64,000 nucleotides of DNA from a virus (taxonomy: Duplodnaviria > Heunggongvirae > Uroviricota > Caudoviricetes): the IMG/VR virus record IMGVR_UViG_3300037010_001573, positions 1 to 64,000 of that record; one strand, 5' to 3'. Both the position numbers and the translations under genes were made by a program. Positions 10,178-20,440 of the stretch are shown in pieces. The notes beneath the pieces are model-generated. The model was not told where the DNA came from. It ran no database searches and saw nothing but the letters and a program-made list of their open reading frames with translations. How positions within the stretch are numbered: the stretch's first letter is position 1; every line of letters starts with the position of its first letter.

Positions 10178-10630
10178 CTATTTAGATGTAAAAAAAGCGG
10201 CAACAACACCAATAATAAATAAAATAAAAGCCCCAAACATATAAAGGTCGGTAAGTGTTATAGGATTATCATCTTCTTGTTGTGTTGTTTCATTTATTTT
10301 TTCTCGCAAAGCATCTGGCGTTTCTGCCGTTATTGTATCACATTTATTAGTATGGTGGTTCATTATTAAATAATAATATAACATATGGTTATTATTACTA
10401 AATGAATGTATTTCGTTTTCATTAATATAGGTTGGTCGTGTGTATCTTGATGATGTTTCACTTTCACTAACATGGTTGTAAGATGCAACTTCGTGTTCTG
10501 ATGAATTAATATGTTCAGATGACACATGTGTGCTTTCCGATACATGGCTGCTTGAAACATGGGACCCACCACCACCTCTAGAATATACGAATGATGATGT
10601 TAATAGTAATAAAATAAGTAATTTTTTCAT
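10178..10630 (-). CDS. secreted/membrane-anchored Ser/His-rich protein
   Basis: N-terminal signal peptide, SHVSS repeats, C-terminal TM helix. Confidence 0.4.
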   Translation of the reverse strand: MKKLLILLLLTSSFVYSRGGGGSHVSSSHVSESTHVSSEHINSSEHEVASYNHVSESETSSRYTRPTYINENEIHSFSNNNHMLYYYLIMNHHTNKCDTITAETPDALREKINETTQQEDDNPITLTDLYMFGAFILFIIGVVAAFFTSK

Positions 10631-10651
10631 TGTTTTTGTTTTAAATGTTAA

Positions 10652-10870
10652 TTATTTGTTTTCTTTTTTTAACAGTTTTACTCCTCGTTTTATTAAATAA
10701 AACATCAAACATGTTGAAAGCGATATTGTTATCAACAATAATATAGTTCCAATATAATTCAATGATTTATTATGTGTATGTGTTAAATAATCACTTAAAT
10801 TGAACATTTGTGTTAATCCAAATAAAGAACACATATACATCAATATATTTAAACTAAATATTGCTTTCAT
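10652..10870 (-). CDS. small membrane protein
   Basis: hydrophobic 72-aa ORF. Confidence 0.3.
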   Translation of the reverse strand: MKAIFSLNILMYMCSLFGLTQMFNLSDYLTHTHNKSLNYIGTILLLITISLSTCLMFYLIKRGVKLLKKENK

Positions 10871-10882
10871 AATATTGTTGTT

Positions 10883-11170
10883 TTATAGTTCTGAGTTTTC
10901 GATTTGTGTTTCGTTTTTAGCAATAGAAGATGTTGATTTACCTATTCCTAAACCTTCATATCTTAGAAGCGCGTTAGCAACATATGTTTGTAAAGCAATT
11001 AAATTTTTCTTATTTGATATTTCCTCAATTATTTTTAACCTATCAGATTCTTTAATTTTGCTTTCACTTAGGTGATCTAAAGCTGCTTTTTGTGCTGCTT
11101 TAAAATCTCTAGTTTCAAATACTAAATTAGCAATTTTGGCTAATGTAGATTCAATTTGGACTGGTTTCAT
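10883..11170 (-). CDS. hypothetical protein
   Basis: ORF track. Confidence 0.35.
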   Translation of the reverse strand: MKPVQIESTLAKIANLVFETRDFKAAQKAALDHLSESKIKESDRLKIIEEISNKKNLIALQTYVANALLRYEGLGIGKSTSSIAKNETQIENSEL

Positions 11171-11175
11171 TATGA

Positions 11176-11469
11176 TTAGTAATCGTTTTTAATTAATATA
11201 TTTAATAAATTTCCTAAAAATACATAAAAAAGATTCAAATAAACATAAAATTCATAATAATCTTTTACAGCTTTACTAGACACTATGTGTGGTACTCCAA
11301 AAACATAGAGTAAAGTATAAACAACGATACAATAATTAACAAATAATACCCTTGCTTTAAATAGAGGTTCATTATCACTACGCCATAACCATTTAACCAT
11401 CCCTTCAGTAGCCCAATTATATATCATTAATACAATTATTGCTTCTGCTAATTCTTTTAATTCTTTCAT
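11176..11469 (-). CDS. small membrane protein
   Basis: ORF track; conserved promoter motif immediately upstream. Confidence 0.4.
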   Translation of the reverse strand: MKELKELAEAIIVLMIYNWATEGMVKWLWRSDNEPLFKARVLFVNYCIVVYTLLYVFGVPHIVSSKAVKDYYEFYVYLNLFYVFLGNLLNILIKNDY

Positions 11470-11475
11470 AACCTT

Positions 11476-11526
11476 TAATTTTTTAACTTTTGGATAAAAT
11501 TACGACTTTAAATTCTATAAACCAAA
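11476..11526 (-). promoter_or_regulatory. conserved promoter-like motif
   Basis: ends ~6 nt before the ATG of 11176..11469. Confidence 0.5.
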
Positions 11527-11988
11527 TTTTTTAGCACCCTCTTTCTTATTACCACCACCACGTTGGCGATACTTCTTATATCTATACTCGGTTATGAGTT
11601 TTAAAATAATATAGTTAGTACGAGGCTTAATCTCGTCAAGGTCGAACTTAATCTATAAAAGTAGGGTCACGTAGTTTTACATTGCATCACAATAACCAAT
11701 TAAAACAGAATTTAATGGTAATAACTACTTGCTGAGAACTTATTTGTGTTGTAGACAAGACCTTATGTCTCTTTCCGCAATTCCTTTCTCAAGGGAACAA
11801 CACATCTACCATTACTGATAGTATCTTTATGCAAAAACTTACCTACCTATTAGAAAACAACCCAGTTGCTTAATTAGGTATTTACAAAGGCTTCAATGTT
11901 TAACCTAACATCATTGGTTTAGAGTGTAGAATGATAACACTTTTAATAAAAACCCGGCAAATATATTACAGGGATTGATAATATAGTT

Positions 11989-12444
11989 TTATTTTGCAGA
12001 AATAATTTTGATTCTTTTATTTAATGAATCAACTTGTTCTTGAATACTTTTTGATTCTTTTTCAAATCTCTCAGTAGTTCTTGTAATTTTTTCTTCAATT
12101 TGTTTAACAACCAACAAATGGTTATCAATGTTTTGTAAATAAATATCTACATAACGGGTTTGTTTTTCATTGGTATCAACTTGATTGACTTTGATGTTTG
12201 TGTATGATTCTGTTAAAGAAGCATTTGCATCTTCTAATTTATCATTCAATTCATCAAGTTCTTGTTCGTTGTTGAATTTTAATGTTGCTAAATTCTTGTT
12301 GTGTATTAGAATTTCTTTGTTAAGTGTTTTAACCACTCTTGTTACGAAAGAATCTAATTTACCGTCATTACCTAATTTAAGTAATTCTGAAATTTTTCTA
12401 ACGATTGCAAATGAACTTTTTGATGTTGTTTTAACTGTTGTCAT
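11989..12444 (-). CDS. coiled-coil protein
   Basis: ORF track; heptad-like K/E-rich sequence. Confidence 0.4.
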   Translation of the reverse strand: MTTVKTTSKSSFAIVRKISELLKLGNDGKLDSFVTRVVKTLNKEILIHNKNLATLKFNNEQELDELNDKLEDANASLTESYTNIKVNQVDTNEKQTRYVDIYLQNIDNHLLVVKQIEEKITRTTERFEKESKSIQEQVDSLNKRIKIISAK

Positions 12445-12466
12445 AATTTTTTTGTTTTAATTGTTT

Positions 12467-13900
12467 TTAAATAATTGCTCTTGTTTTTACTTCTATTAAG
12501 GGAAGAAGTGTTACCCTTTCTTTTACAATATCTTTTCTAATACTTGGAGGTTCTGGTATTTCAACACATAGGTTTGTTGGTCTTAATGAATGTTGTATTA
12601 ATGTTTGTTGTTTTTGATATTCTTGTTCTGTAGAAATTTCAAATGTTTTATCTTCAAGACGTTTATAATCAAATAGAACCTCATCCCATGTTAAATAATT
12701 CAATATATCAATTCTACCTGTTGTTGTTTTATAAATAACACCTTGTTTACAGTTTCCATAATTAGATAATGATAAAACATAATCAGGTATTTTATTCTTC
12801 ATAGCATTTAATGTTGTAACATCATAAGGTTTTCCAAGTCTTTCATATTCAACTATTTCTTCGGGTGTTGCATATCTCCACGTTGATGTATCCTCTTTTT
12901 TGATTAACATCCACCCGTTTGATGAATGACCATTTGCTGTTATAACTGGTTGTAGATACCCACAATCTTCTCTTTGTTTATAAACATAACAACAATTAAA
13001 ACCATCAGTACTATTTGTGTATAGTTGTACTATATACTCATCGGATTTAAATATTTGTTTACCCTTGTTTTTATTTTCTATTAACCTTTGAGAAAAACCA
13101 TTAGCTTCATCATAAGTTGCAAACCACGTTACATACTCTTTTTCGGAAGTAGTTGTTTTCTCTTTTTCACACACCATTGCTGTCTTAAAGGGGATATCAG
13201 GTGATTCCGTTATTTTATCAATATCACCAACATTTGAACTTCCATATTTTTTAATAAAAACAACATATGTCTCAACACCAAACAATTCAGTTTTTGTTTT
13301 ATTATTTGGTTCTATAATTTGTTGATAGCCTATTAATTTTATTAAATCCGAAACAGATATTTCTTTTTCACACTTTTGTCGGTTGTTATCAACACCATAG
13401 GAACCATATTTACCAATTCCGTGTGGTTCATAAGTTGATCTATTAAGTCCCCAATTATCAAATATAAACATTTTATGGCTTTGTAAACCATAATACGAAT
13501 CATTCATACCTCGTGGGATACCACGGCTGTTTTTAACAGCCCACAACATAGCAGCCCTGTATATATCTTCAGTAAATTCAGAAGTATAATTAACATAAAA
13601 TGAAACACGAGATGGTATAGCATTTAATGTTTTAACATTATAAGGTTTTCCAAGTCTTTCATATTCAACTATTTCTTCGGGTGTTGCATATCTCCAATCC
13701 AACAGTTCATGCTTTTTATCAAAAGTTAAACTAGTATTCCCATTTTCTCCACTTCCATCTAAATCAGTAACAGGACAAATGTAATCTTTATCTATTCTTT
13801 GTCTAAAACAGTAATCTTTTTTAACACAATTAGATGAATGTAGTGTAGTATTTAACATTACAATATATTCTCCAACTTTGAATCCATCTGGTATAAACAT
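12467..13900 (-). CDS. hypothetical protein with internal duplication (WRYATPEEIVEYERLGKPY occurs twice)
   Basis: ORF track; internal repeat. Confidence 0.45.
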   Translation of the reverse strand: MFIPDGFKVGEYIVMLNTTLHSSNCVKKDYCFRQRIDKDYICPVTDLDGSGENGNTSLTFDKKHELLDWRYATPEEIVEYERLGKPYNVKTLNAIPSRVSFYVNYTSEFTEDIYRAAMLWAVKNSRGIPRGMNDSYYGLQSHKMFIFDNWGLNRSTYEPHGIGKYGSYGVDNNRQKCEKEISVSDLIKLIGYQQIIEPNNKTKTELFGVETYVVFIKKYGSSNVGDIDKITESPDIPFKTAMVCEKEKTTTSEKEYVTWFATYDEANGFSQRLIENKNKGKQIFKSDEYIVQLYTNSTDGFNCCYVYKQREDCGYLQPVITANGHSSNGWMLIKKEDTSTWRYATPEEIVEYERLGKPYDVTTLNAMKNKIPDYVLSLSNYGNCKQGVIYKTTTGRIDILNYLTWDEVLFDYKRLEDKTFEISTEQEYQKQQTLIQHSLRPTNLCVEIPEPPSIRKDIVKERVTLLPLIEVKTRAII

Positions 13901-13912
13901 AATTTTTATATT

Positions 13913-14170
13913 TTAGTAATTATAATCAAAATCAGCGTCATCATCATCCATGAAGTAACTATCAATATCATCCTTAGTAGTTAATAAATCATTTCCCTCA
14001 GCAATTAGGGTATATACAGACCCATCACTTTCTTGGATAGATGCTTTATCAAGTAATTCTTCCATGTTTTCAACATCAAATTCTTCAAAATAATTTTCTA
14101 TAGTTGCCTTCCACATTTCATCATTCTGTAATTGAGAGTGGATTTCGGCTAATTGGTCGTAAATTGTCAT
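13913..14170 (-). CDS. acidic hypothetical protein
   Basis: ORF track. Confidence 0.35.
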   Translation of the reverse strand: MTIYDQLAEIHSQLQNDEMWKATIENYFEEFDVENMEELLDKASIQESDGSVYTLIAEGNDLLTTKDDIDSYFMDDDDADFDYNY

Positions 14171-14182
14171 ATTATCTGTTTT

Positions 14183-14226
14183 TAAATCTTTTGTAAAATT
14201 ACGAATATTAATTCATGTAACCAAAT
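14183..14226 (-). promoter_or_regulatory. conserved promoter-like motif, variant (TTGGTTACATGAATTAATATTCGTAATTTTAC)
   Basis: upstream of 13913..14170. Confidence 0.45.
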
Positions 14227-14916
14227 TTTTTAATGAATTTCTGTAAATTCTTTTAAATATAAATCTATAACTAGTTTTGTTTTTTCTAAATCTTCAATGA
14301 ATTGTTGTTTTTTTCGACATCTTACAATTCGTTTTATTATATCAAACTCCCAAGAATTCAAACCATGTTGTTCAGCGAATAAATAAAGACTACCATTGTC
14401 GTTATTATAATGCTTAGGAGCTTCCATTGTTGTTGGTGTTTTTTCGCTCATTATATAGACTGTGTTTTGTTATAATATTTTTTAGTTTTGTTTGTTGTTT
14501 CTAAATAATTATCTCTAATTGGTTCCCACATAGTAATTGGATTCAAATTCAACTCCCAAAATTGTTTTTTAGGTTTATCTTTTGTTTCTTGTTGGATTTG
14601 TTTACTTTCTTTTTCAACTTTCATTTTTAGAATATTAAATTATATAATTCTGTGAATATTTTACAAACTACTGCAGTTATTATTGACCAAGACACAATTG
14701 CTACCCAATTCCATTTAGTTGGGTTTATATTATTTTTTTTGTTTTGGTTCTTCATTTATTTTTATAATAGATTTCATATGTTCGTTTAATTCTCCCATTA
14801 TTTTTTATTCTTTTATATTCTACCAAACCATCATTTGATATGCGTTTAAATACATCAAATATTTCTAATGGGTATTTATCAGTATCATTATCATAAATTT
14901 TACGTTATCACTCAGC

Positions 14917-15267
14917 TTACTCAGCGATGTAGATATTAGAAGGTCTTTTATATTCTTCTAATTTACCAGTTGTGTTACTCCAGTCATCTACTCTTTCCGT
15001 ATTTGGTTTGGCTTCACTTTTACAAGCGTAATGTATTTGACATCCAGCAATAATTAAATGATTTTCATCGCTTCCTACTTTCGCAAACCAGTTAGAACTT
15101 CTAACATTTGTTTTTATTCCTAAAATAGAATCGCTAACTATTTCAACTTCTCCCCAAACTGATCTATATTGTTTTCCATCAGGAGCATAAAACCAATTGT
15201 CTGTTGTAATCAAAAATTTTCCTTTCATAATATTTTGTTTGTAAATAAAAAGCCGAAGTGATAACAT
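14917..15267 (-). CDS. hypothetical protein
   Basis: ORF track; conserved 5'-UTR element upstream. Confidence 0.4.
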   Translation of the reverse strand: MLSLRLFIYKQNIMKGKFLITTDNWFYAPDGKQYRSVWGEVEIVSDSILGIKTNVRSSNWFAKVGSDENHLIIAGCQIHYACKSEAKPNTERVDDWSNTTGKLEEYKRPSNIYIAE

Positions 15268-15397
15268 ACGTTAACCGCTATTCAAGCTTTTGGTTAAATT
15301 TAATAATTTGTTTGTGTTTGTTAGTACTTGTCTTTAATCGATAATTCAGGTGTACTTTTTCCTGAACATCGGTTAGCGTCCGCCGTTATGTGAGATT

Positions 15398-15772
15398 TTA
15401 GAAAACCTCGTAATATTTAAAAACACCATCAATCTGAAAATTTCTAATTCCAATATTCATATTTAGAATTGGATCTTCATATTTTGGAAAATGAAAATTC
15501 CATTTTCCTAAATCATCCATTTTATACTCTTTTTTTTCTTCGTCAAAATCAAAAACAAAAGAGTATAATTCGTTAAAATTATTTGTAATAATCTTAAACC
15601 TTACGTCTGTAAATTCTTCAACACATTTAAAAACACCTATTTCAATACCATTTTTTAATAGTTTACCTGTAAAAGAAGATTTAAAAGGTCTAATAAAAAC
15701 ATCACATAACAGCGGTTTTGAGCTATTTCCGTTTTCGACTAAATTTTCAGTTTGTTTTGCACTTATATTCAT
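15398..15772 (-). CDS. hypothetical protein
   Basis: ORF track. Confidence 0.4.
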   Translation of the reverse strand: MNISAKQTENLVENGNSSKPLLCDVFIRPFKSSFTGKLLKNGIEIGVFKCVEEFTDVRFKIITNNFNELYSFVFDFDEEKKEYKMDDLGKWNFHFPKYEDPILNMNIGIRNFQIDGVFKYYEVF

Positions 15773-16931
15773 TGTGTTTAATTTAAAAATTAGTTTGTAC
15801 TTTTATGTTTTGTCTTGAATTTTCGGCACTAGACAAAGCCGCAGGACGTTATGTGAGATTGTTATGACCTCATTTCAAAACAATATTTTTTGTTTTTTAT
15901 ATTGTTTCCACTTTTTTTCTGCAATATCAATCGCATTATTTAGCATTGAATAATATTTCATCCCAAACTCTATTTTTTTATCTGAAAAATAGCCATCTAA
16001 AAAAGCACCTATATATTTTTGTTTTTCTGTCATAATATTGTTTTTTCAATGTTTTTTAACTCAAACCTTTCAATTGCTTTTAGAATAAAGGTTTTACTTT
16101 TTTCTTTTTCACAAAGTCTTTCGGCTTCTGTTTCAGCTTCTTCAAGTGTTTCAAATCTTTTGTAAGGCATATTTTTACCTTCAACATAAATCATAAAAAA
16201 ATTGTCCATTGTATTTTTTTTTTTTAAATTACCCGCGCTACTTATAATAGGTGTTTGTAAATATCATCCGAATTTATAGGATCGTATAGGCTAGTGTCTA
16301 TTTAAACAACGTTTTATGTATAACCACATCGTTTAGTCTAATTGGGAATTTTAAACGCGCTAAAGTGTGGTATTTTAATTTCTCAAACTCACAACACTTT
16401 TTTAAGTTCCCGTAGGTTTCAACTCATTCGCCTTGAATAAAAACTATTATTGATTTTCTTTTCATTATAATATATGTTTTACAACAATTTTTAAATCTTC
16501 TAAACAAGCATTGTACATTCTAATGTCATTAAATGATTTTGAATAAAATGAATCATGTTGTTTTTTATTTTTAAAATTAGTTCTCAACTCTTTTAAAGAT
16601 GAATTTTCTTTAATTTTAAACTGCTTTACCAAACTTTTCGATAAGTTATTAAGCAACCCAATTATTTCTTCTTGGGTTGCTTTTTTACAATATTCCTCTG
16701 TCTTATTCAAATCTTGATTGCAAATTAGGCATTGTTAATATTGACAACCCTTCTGTTGCTCTTAATTCAGTCATTTTTAAAAAACATTTGTATGCTTTTT
16801 TATAGTTCCCATTCGCTAATGTTTTATTCATTGTTTTTTGTACTTCAATTGCTTTCATTTTGATTTGTTTTGGTATATAATTGCATAATTGTAATACTTT
16901 TATTGCGTGTATGTTGGAGTTATGGTTAATG

Positions 16932-17273
16932 CTACGATAACTTTTCAGCAGAAAATTCCTCTAACATTAGTCTAGCTTTCGTTTTGAACATTTTACCATT
17001 TTGAAAATATGCTTTCCAAATATCTCCGCTTTCTTCTCCTTCTCCGTTTATACAGAAAACTACATTTGGATGATTTTTAGAATATGCTTTCATATCTTCT
17101 TCACAATCATACCATTTTATTTCGTTATCAAATAAACTTGAATAATTAGTACTATCTGTGATTTCTTGTTCGTAATCAGTTCTAAAATCATCTCCTGAAA
17201 TAATTTCTAATTTGTGTCGTGTGTAATATCCCATAATGTTTTTTGTTTTGATGAACCGCATTAACCACAACAA
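16932..17273 (-). CDS. hypothetical protein
   Basis: ORF track; conserved 5'-UTR element upstream. Confidence 0.4.
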   Translation of the reverse strand: MLWLMRFIKTKNIMGYYTRHKLEIISGDDFRTDYEQEITDSTNYSSLFDNEIKWYDCEEDMKAYSKNHPNVVFCINGEGEESGDIWKAYFQNGKMFKTKARLMLEEFSAEKLS

Positions 17274-17467
17274 GTGTTTGGTAAAAAAGCGGGTTCGGTT
17301 ATTAATTTAAAGTCTGTTTTTTATTTGTTAATTTCGTCCTTAATCTGAAAGTTCAGTCCTTACTTTTCCTGAACATCAGTTAGCGTCCGTCGTTCCCCAC
17401 TAAATACCCAATTTGACCATTTTCTATTCCACCATTTTTTGATTGTATCCCCCCCATAATGTTTTAA

Positions 17468-17516
17468 TTTTTTTAACTTTTGGATAAAATTACGACTTTA
17501 GATTTTACAATCCAAA
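17468..17516 (-). promoter_or_regulatory. conserved promoter-like motif
   Basis: same element, upstream of a short ORF starting ~17456. Confidence 0.5.
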
Positions 17517-17518
17517 TC

Positions 17519-17893
17519 TTACGGATAATATTTTTTATAAAGTTCTGCTTCTAATTTTCCACAGTCATTACATTGCACTCCTCTTCCAACTGTATTTAAC
17601 ATCTGATCATACGAAGTAAGATCATTTAGTTCTTTTAATTCTTCTTCGGTTAGATCTACTCTTTCTAAATTGTCCCACCAAGTTTTGGTATACCATTTTT
17701 TTGAAAATTCTGAGTTTGATTTTATTTTAAGGTTGAATCCTTCTTGTGTATAATATTGAAAATCTATCTCAGGTTGCATCCAATCAGGTTCATTTCCACG
17801 TTCAAGTTTACAATTGTTTAGGTAATTCTTATAAGCATCAATCAAGTTCCACTTTTCAATTTGAGCTTCTACCTCAGGAATTGGAAGGCCCAA
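17519..17893 (-). CDS. hypothetical protein
   Basis: ORF track. Confidence 0.4.
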   Translation of the reverse strand: MGLPIPEVEAQIEKWNLIDAYKNYLNNCKLERGNEPDWMQPEIDFQYYTQEGFNLKIKSNSEFSKKWYTKTWWDNLERVDLTEEELKELNDLTSYDQMLNTVGRGVQCNDCGKLEAELYKKYYP

Positions 17894-17964
17894 TGATATG
17901 AATCCGTGATAACAATCTTCTTTTTATTCACCGTAGTGATGGCATGTTTCTAATCTAATACCCA

Positions 17965-18303
17965 TTATTTCCAAAAGATTTGAATTATCATTATACAAAG
18001 TGCTAATCCTAAACATGCTAGTGTTTTTCCGGTTAATGGTTCTCCAAACCACACATATGACATTATTGTGAAAATTATAGCTCCTGTTGAAAACCCCAAT
18101 AAACGTGAAGGCCAAAGCTGTCCATCAAAATGTTCCACTAAACGTTTTACTGAGAGTATATACAGATATGAGATTGGAATCCCGATACATGCTACTGCTA
18201 ATGTGTTATTTTTAAACCATTGCCATCTAAATTGTCCTTGTAGTTGTATGAATGTAAGTATACTTGCTACTGCTCCATAAAATATTCCTATTATAAAATT
18301 CAT
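17965..18303 (-). CDS. 4-TM membrane protein (small transporter-like)
   Basis: hydrophobic 112-aa ORF. Confidence 0.4.
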   Translation of the reverse strand: MNFIIGIFYGAVASILTFIQLQGQFRWQWFKNNTLAVACIGIPISYLYILSVKRLVEHFDGQLWPSRLLGFSTGAIIFTIMSYVWFGEPLTGKTLACLGLALCIMIIQIFWK

Positions 18304-18841
18304 ATATAATTATTTTTTATATTTCCAAATAAAATTATGAGCTGATTTTCTTCTCCCTTTGCATACTTCACATATAGCATATGCGGGTGTTCCGGTTTGA
18401 GCAAAGGCTTCACCCATTGATTTATATTCAGCTATAAGATTTCCTTGTTTATCAAATTGTAAGACAGCTGTACTAGTATCTAAATCCCAAGTTATCTTTT
18501 GCCCTTTTAATTTACTACTAACTGTAGGGTTTTTATACCTCTTTGTTTATCTCCTATTTTTTGTTTAGCAGATTCAGTTTGAAAACTAGGACCACCACCC
18601 CCTTTATTTTTATTCAAAAGTTCAATATTCCAACATTGGAATACTTCAATCCACCATTGTTCCCAAAATTCTCAGTTACTTTCTTCAACTTCATCAATTA
18701 CTTCAAGACATACATCTTTACCAAAATTAACTCTATACTCTTTTAACCTTCTATAGGAATCATTAGTTTTACCTAAATAAACAGGTATATTATTTTCTAC
18801 TAAAATGTAAATTAAAATCATAATGGCGCGTTTACTGTAAA
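18304..18841 (-). pseudogene. GIY-YIG homing endonuclease, disrupted by an in-frame TGA and a frameshift
   Basis: minus-strand translation gives MILIYILVENNIPVYLGKTNDSYRRLKEY, stop, EFWEQWWIEVFQCWNIELLNKNKGGGG, then frameshift, then a Seg/I-TevI-like C-terminal module (...KSAHNFIWKY). Confidence 0.55.
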
Positions 18842-18867
18842 TATTACACCATTATGGAGATATGCAA

Positions 18868-19887
18868 TTAATTTGAAAGAGGTAATTTTATTGTTGGGTG
18901 TGATTGGTAACTATCCATATAAAAATCACATGGTTGTAATTTAAATATTAGTTCATCAAATGACTTGTATGGGATTTCATCCATAGCAGGACAGTTAAAT
19001 GTTGGTAGAGGATAAGGTTCTCTAACTAATTGTTCCTTAATAGGCTCTATATGATCATTATATAAATGACAATCACTTAAATTACCAATTAATTGATCAG
19101 GTATCATCCCAACTTCTTTAGCTAATATTTCAAGTAATAAACCATAACTAGCAATATTGAAAGGTAACCCTAACCCACAATCTACACTTCTTTGATTCCA
19201 GGCTAAACTTAAATAACGTTTACCTTCTTTTTCATGGGTATAACATTGGAAACTAAAGTGGCAAGGAGGAAGAACCATTTGGTCTAATTCTCCAACATTC
19301 CAAGCATTAACCATTAATCGTCTTGAGTCTGGATTTGTTTTAAGGTCGTTGATTAGATTTTGGATTTGGTCTAATTTAGGGTCTATTCCATATCCTAATG
19401 GTACTCCTGTTATTGGATTAAACCCATATCCTTTTAATCTACCTCGCCACTGTGCTCCATAAATTGGACCTAACTCACCCCACTTTTTAGCAAACTCATC
19501 ATCTGTTTTTATTTTGTTGATGAATTCTTCTTGTCCCGTTTTGGCAAACTTATAGAGTCTATTTGGATATTTGTCTTTAAGTTTTTTAAATTCAGACATC
19601 TCATGTTTATGATAAGCTTTTAAGGAATCTCCTATCCAAATATGACAATCATTATCAACCAACCATTTGATGTTTGTATCACCTCGTAAGAACCAAAGAA
19701 GTTCTGTTACGATTGTTTTGAATGGCATTTTTTTGGTTGTAAGAAGTGGAAAACCATCTTTCATATTGTGACGTATTTGTCTTCCGAATACTGATATTGT
19801 TCCTGTACCTGTTCGGTCTTTCTTTTCTACTCCGTTCTCTAAAATATCTTTTAGAAGATTTTGATAATCTAAATCTAATTTATTCAT
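18868..19887 (-). CDS. thyA: thymidylate synthase (ThyA type)
   Basis: N-terminal DRTGTGTISVFG...PLLTTKK...ELLWFLRGDTN signature; 339 aa. Confidence 0.9.
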   Translation of the reverse strand: MNKLDLDYQNLLKDILENGVEKKDRTGTGTISVFGRQIRHNMKDGFPLLTTKKMPFKTIVTELLWFLRGDTNIKWLVDNDCHIWIGDSLKAYHKHEMSEFKKLKDKYPNRLYKFAKTGQEEFINKIKTDDEFAKKWGELGPIYGAQWRGRLKGYGFNPITGVPLGYGIDPKLDQIQNLINDLKTNPDSRRLMVNAWNVGELDQMVLPPCHFSFQCYTHEKEGKRYLSLAWNQRSVDCGLGLPFNIASYGLLLEILAKEVGMIPDQLIGNLSDCHLYNDHIEPIKEQLVREPYPLPTFNCPAMDEIPYKSFDELIFKLQPCDFYMDSYQSHPTIKLPLSN

Positions 19888-20254
19888 TTTCTATTTTAAT
19901 TGCTATTTTTCGTAAAAACAATGTACATAAATCTGAAGCACTAATATTGGTATAATTAATAGGACCAAGTATATAACCACTCATTATTTCTTTAGCTTGT
20001 TTATAATCTTCTGACTCTATATCTCCTAAATTCATTAAATATTGAGTAAGTTCATGTTCAAACCCTTGTAAAGCAGCATGTGTTGTTACATCTGTAACTC
20101 GTTTTAAATCTCCTACTTTCCATAATAGAGATGTATAACTTTTTCTACCTGGTTTAGTTTGAACTAACCAAATACCATCTGATATTTCGTTTTGATATCC
20201 TATAGATGCTTCTTCGTATCGTCCGTTTGGTTTTTTTCTATATAATGTTTCCAT
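19880..20254 (-). CDS. hypothetical protein
   Basis: ORF overlaps the thyA start by 8 nt (operon-like). Confidence 0.4.
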   Translation of the reverse strand: METLYRKKPNGRYEEASIGYQNEISDGIWLVQTKPGRKSYTSLLWKVGDLKRVTDVTTHAALQGFEHELTQYLMNLGDIESEDYKQAKEIMSGYILGPINYTNISASDLCTLFLRKIAIKIENE

Positions 20255-20257
20255 AAT

Positions 20258-20440
20258 TTATTTTACTTCTTCCCAAATAAAAATTGGTGTTGTTAATGGT
20301 GATGTTTTGTTTGGAATATATTCCGGATTATTTACCATTTTCCACTTCTTATCACATTTTGTACAAGTGCATTTTGTTGCTTGGGTAGGATGATTGTATT
20401 TGTACTTATGGTACCCTAGTTTACATTTAAGATTTATCAT
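20258..20440 (-). CDS. Cys-rich zinc-ribbon small protein
   Basis: CKLGYH...CTCTKCDKKW. Confidence 0.3.
   Translation of the reverse strand: MINLKCKLGYHKYKYNHPTQATKCTCTKCDKKWKMVNNPEYIPNKTSPLTTPIFIWEEVK

Noticed and set aside
10366-10575. Nested ORF inside 10178..10630
   Set aside because: Alternate-frame ORF of a low-complexity gene with no independent support.
18304-18841. TGA read as Trp (genetic code 4) to explain the in-frame TGA
   Set aside because: Long ORFs elsewhere end in TGA and translate cleanly under code 11, so alternative decoding is unlikely; the gene also carries a frameshift.
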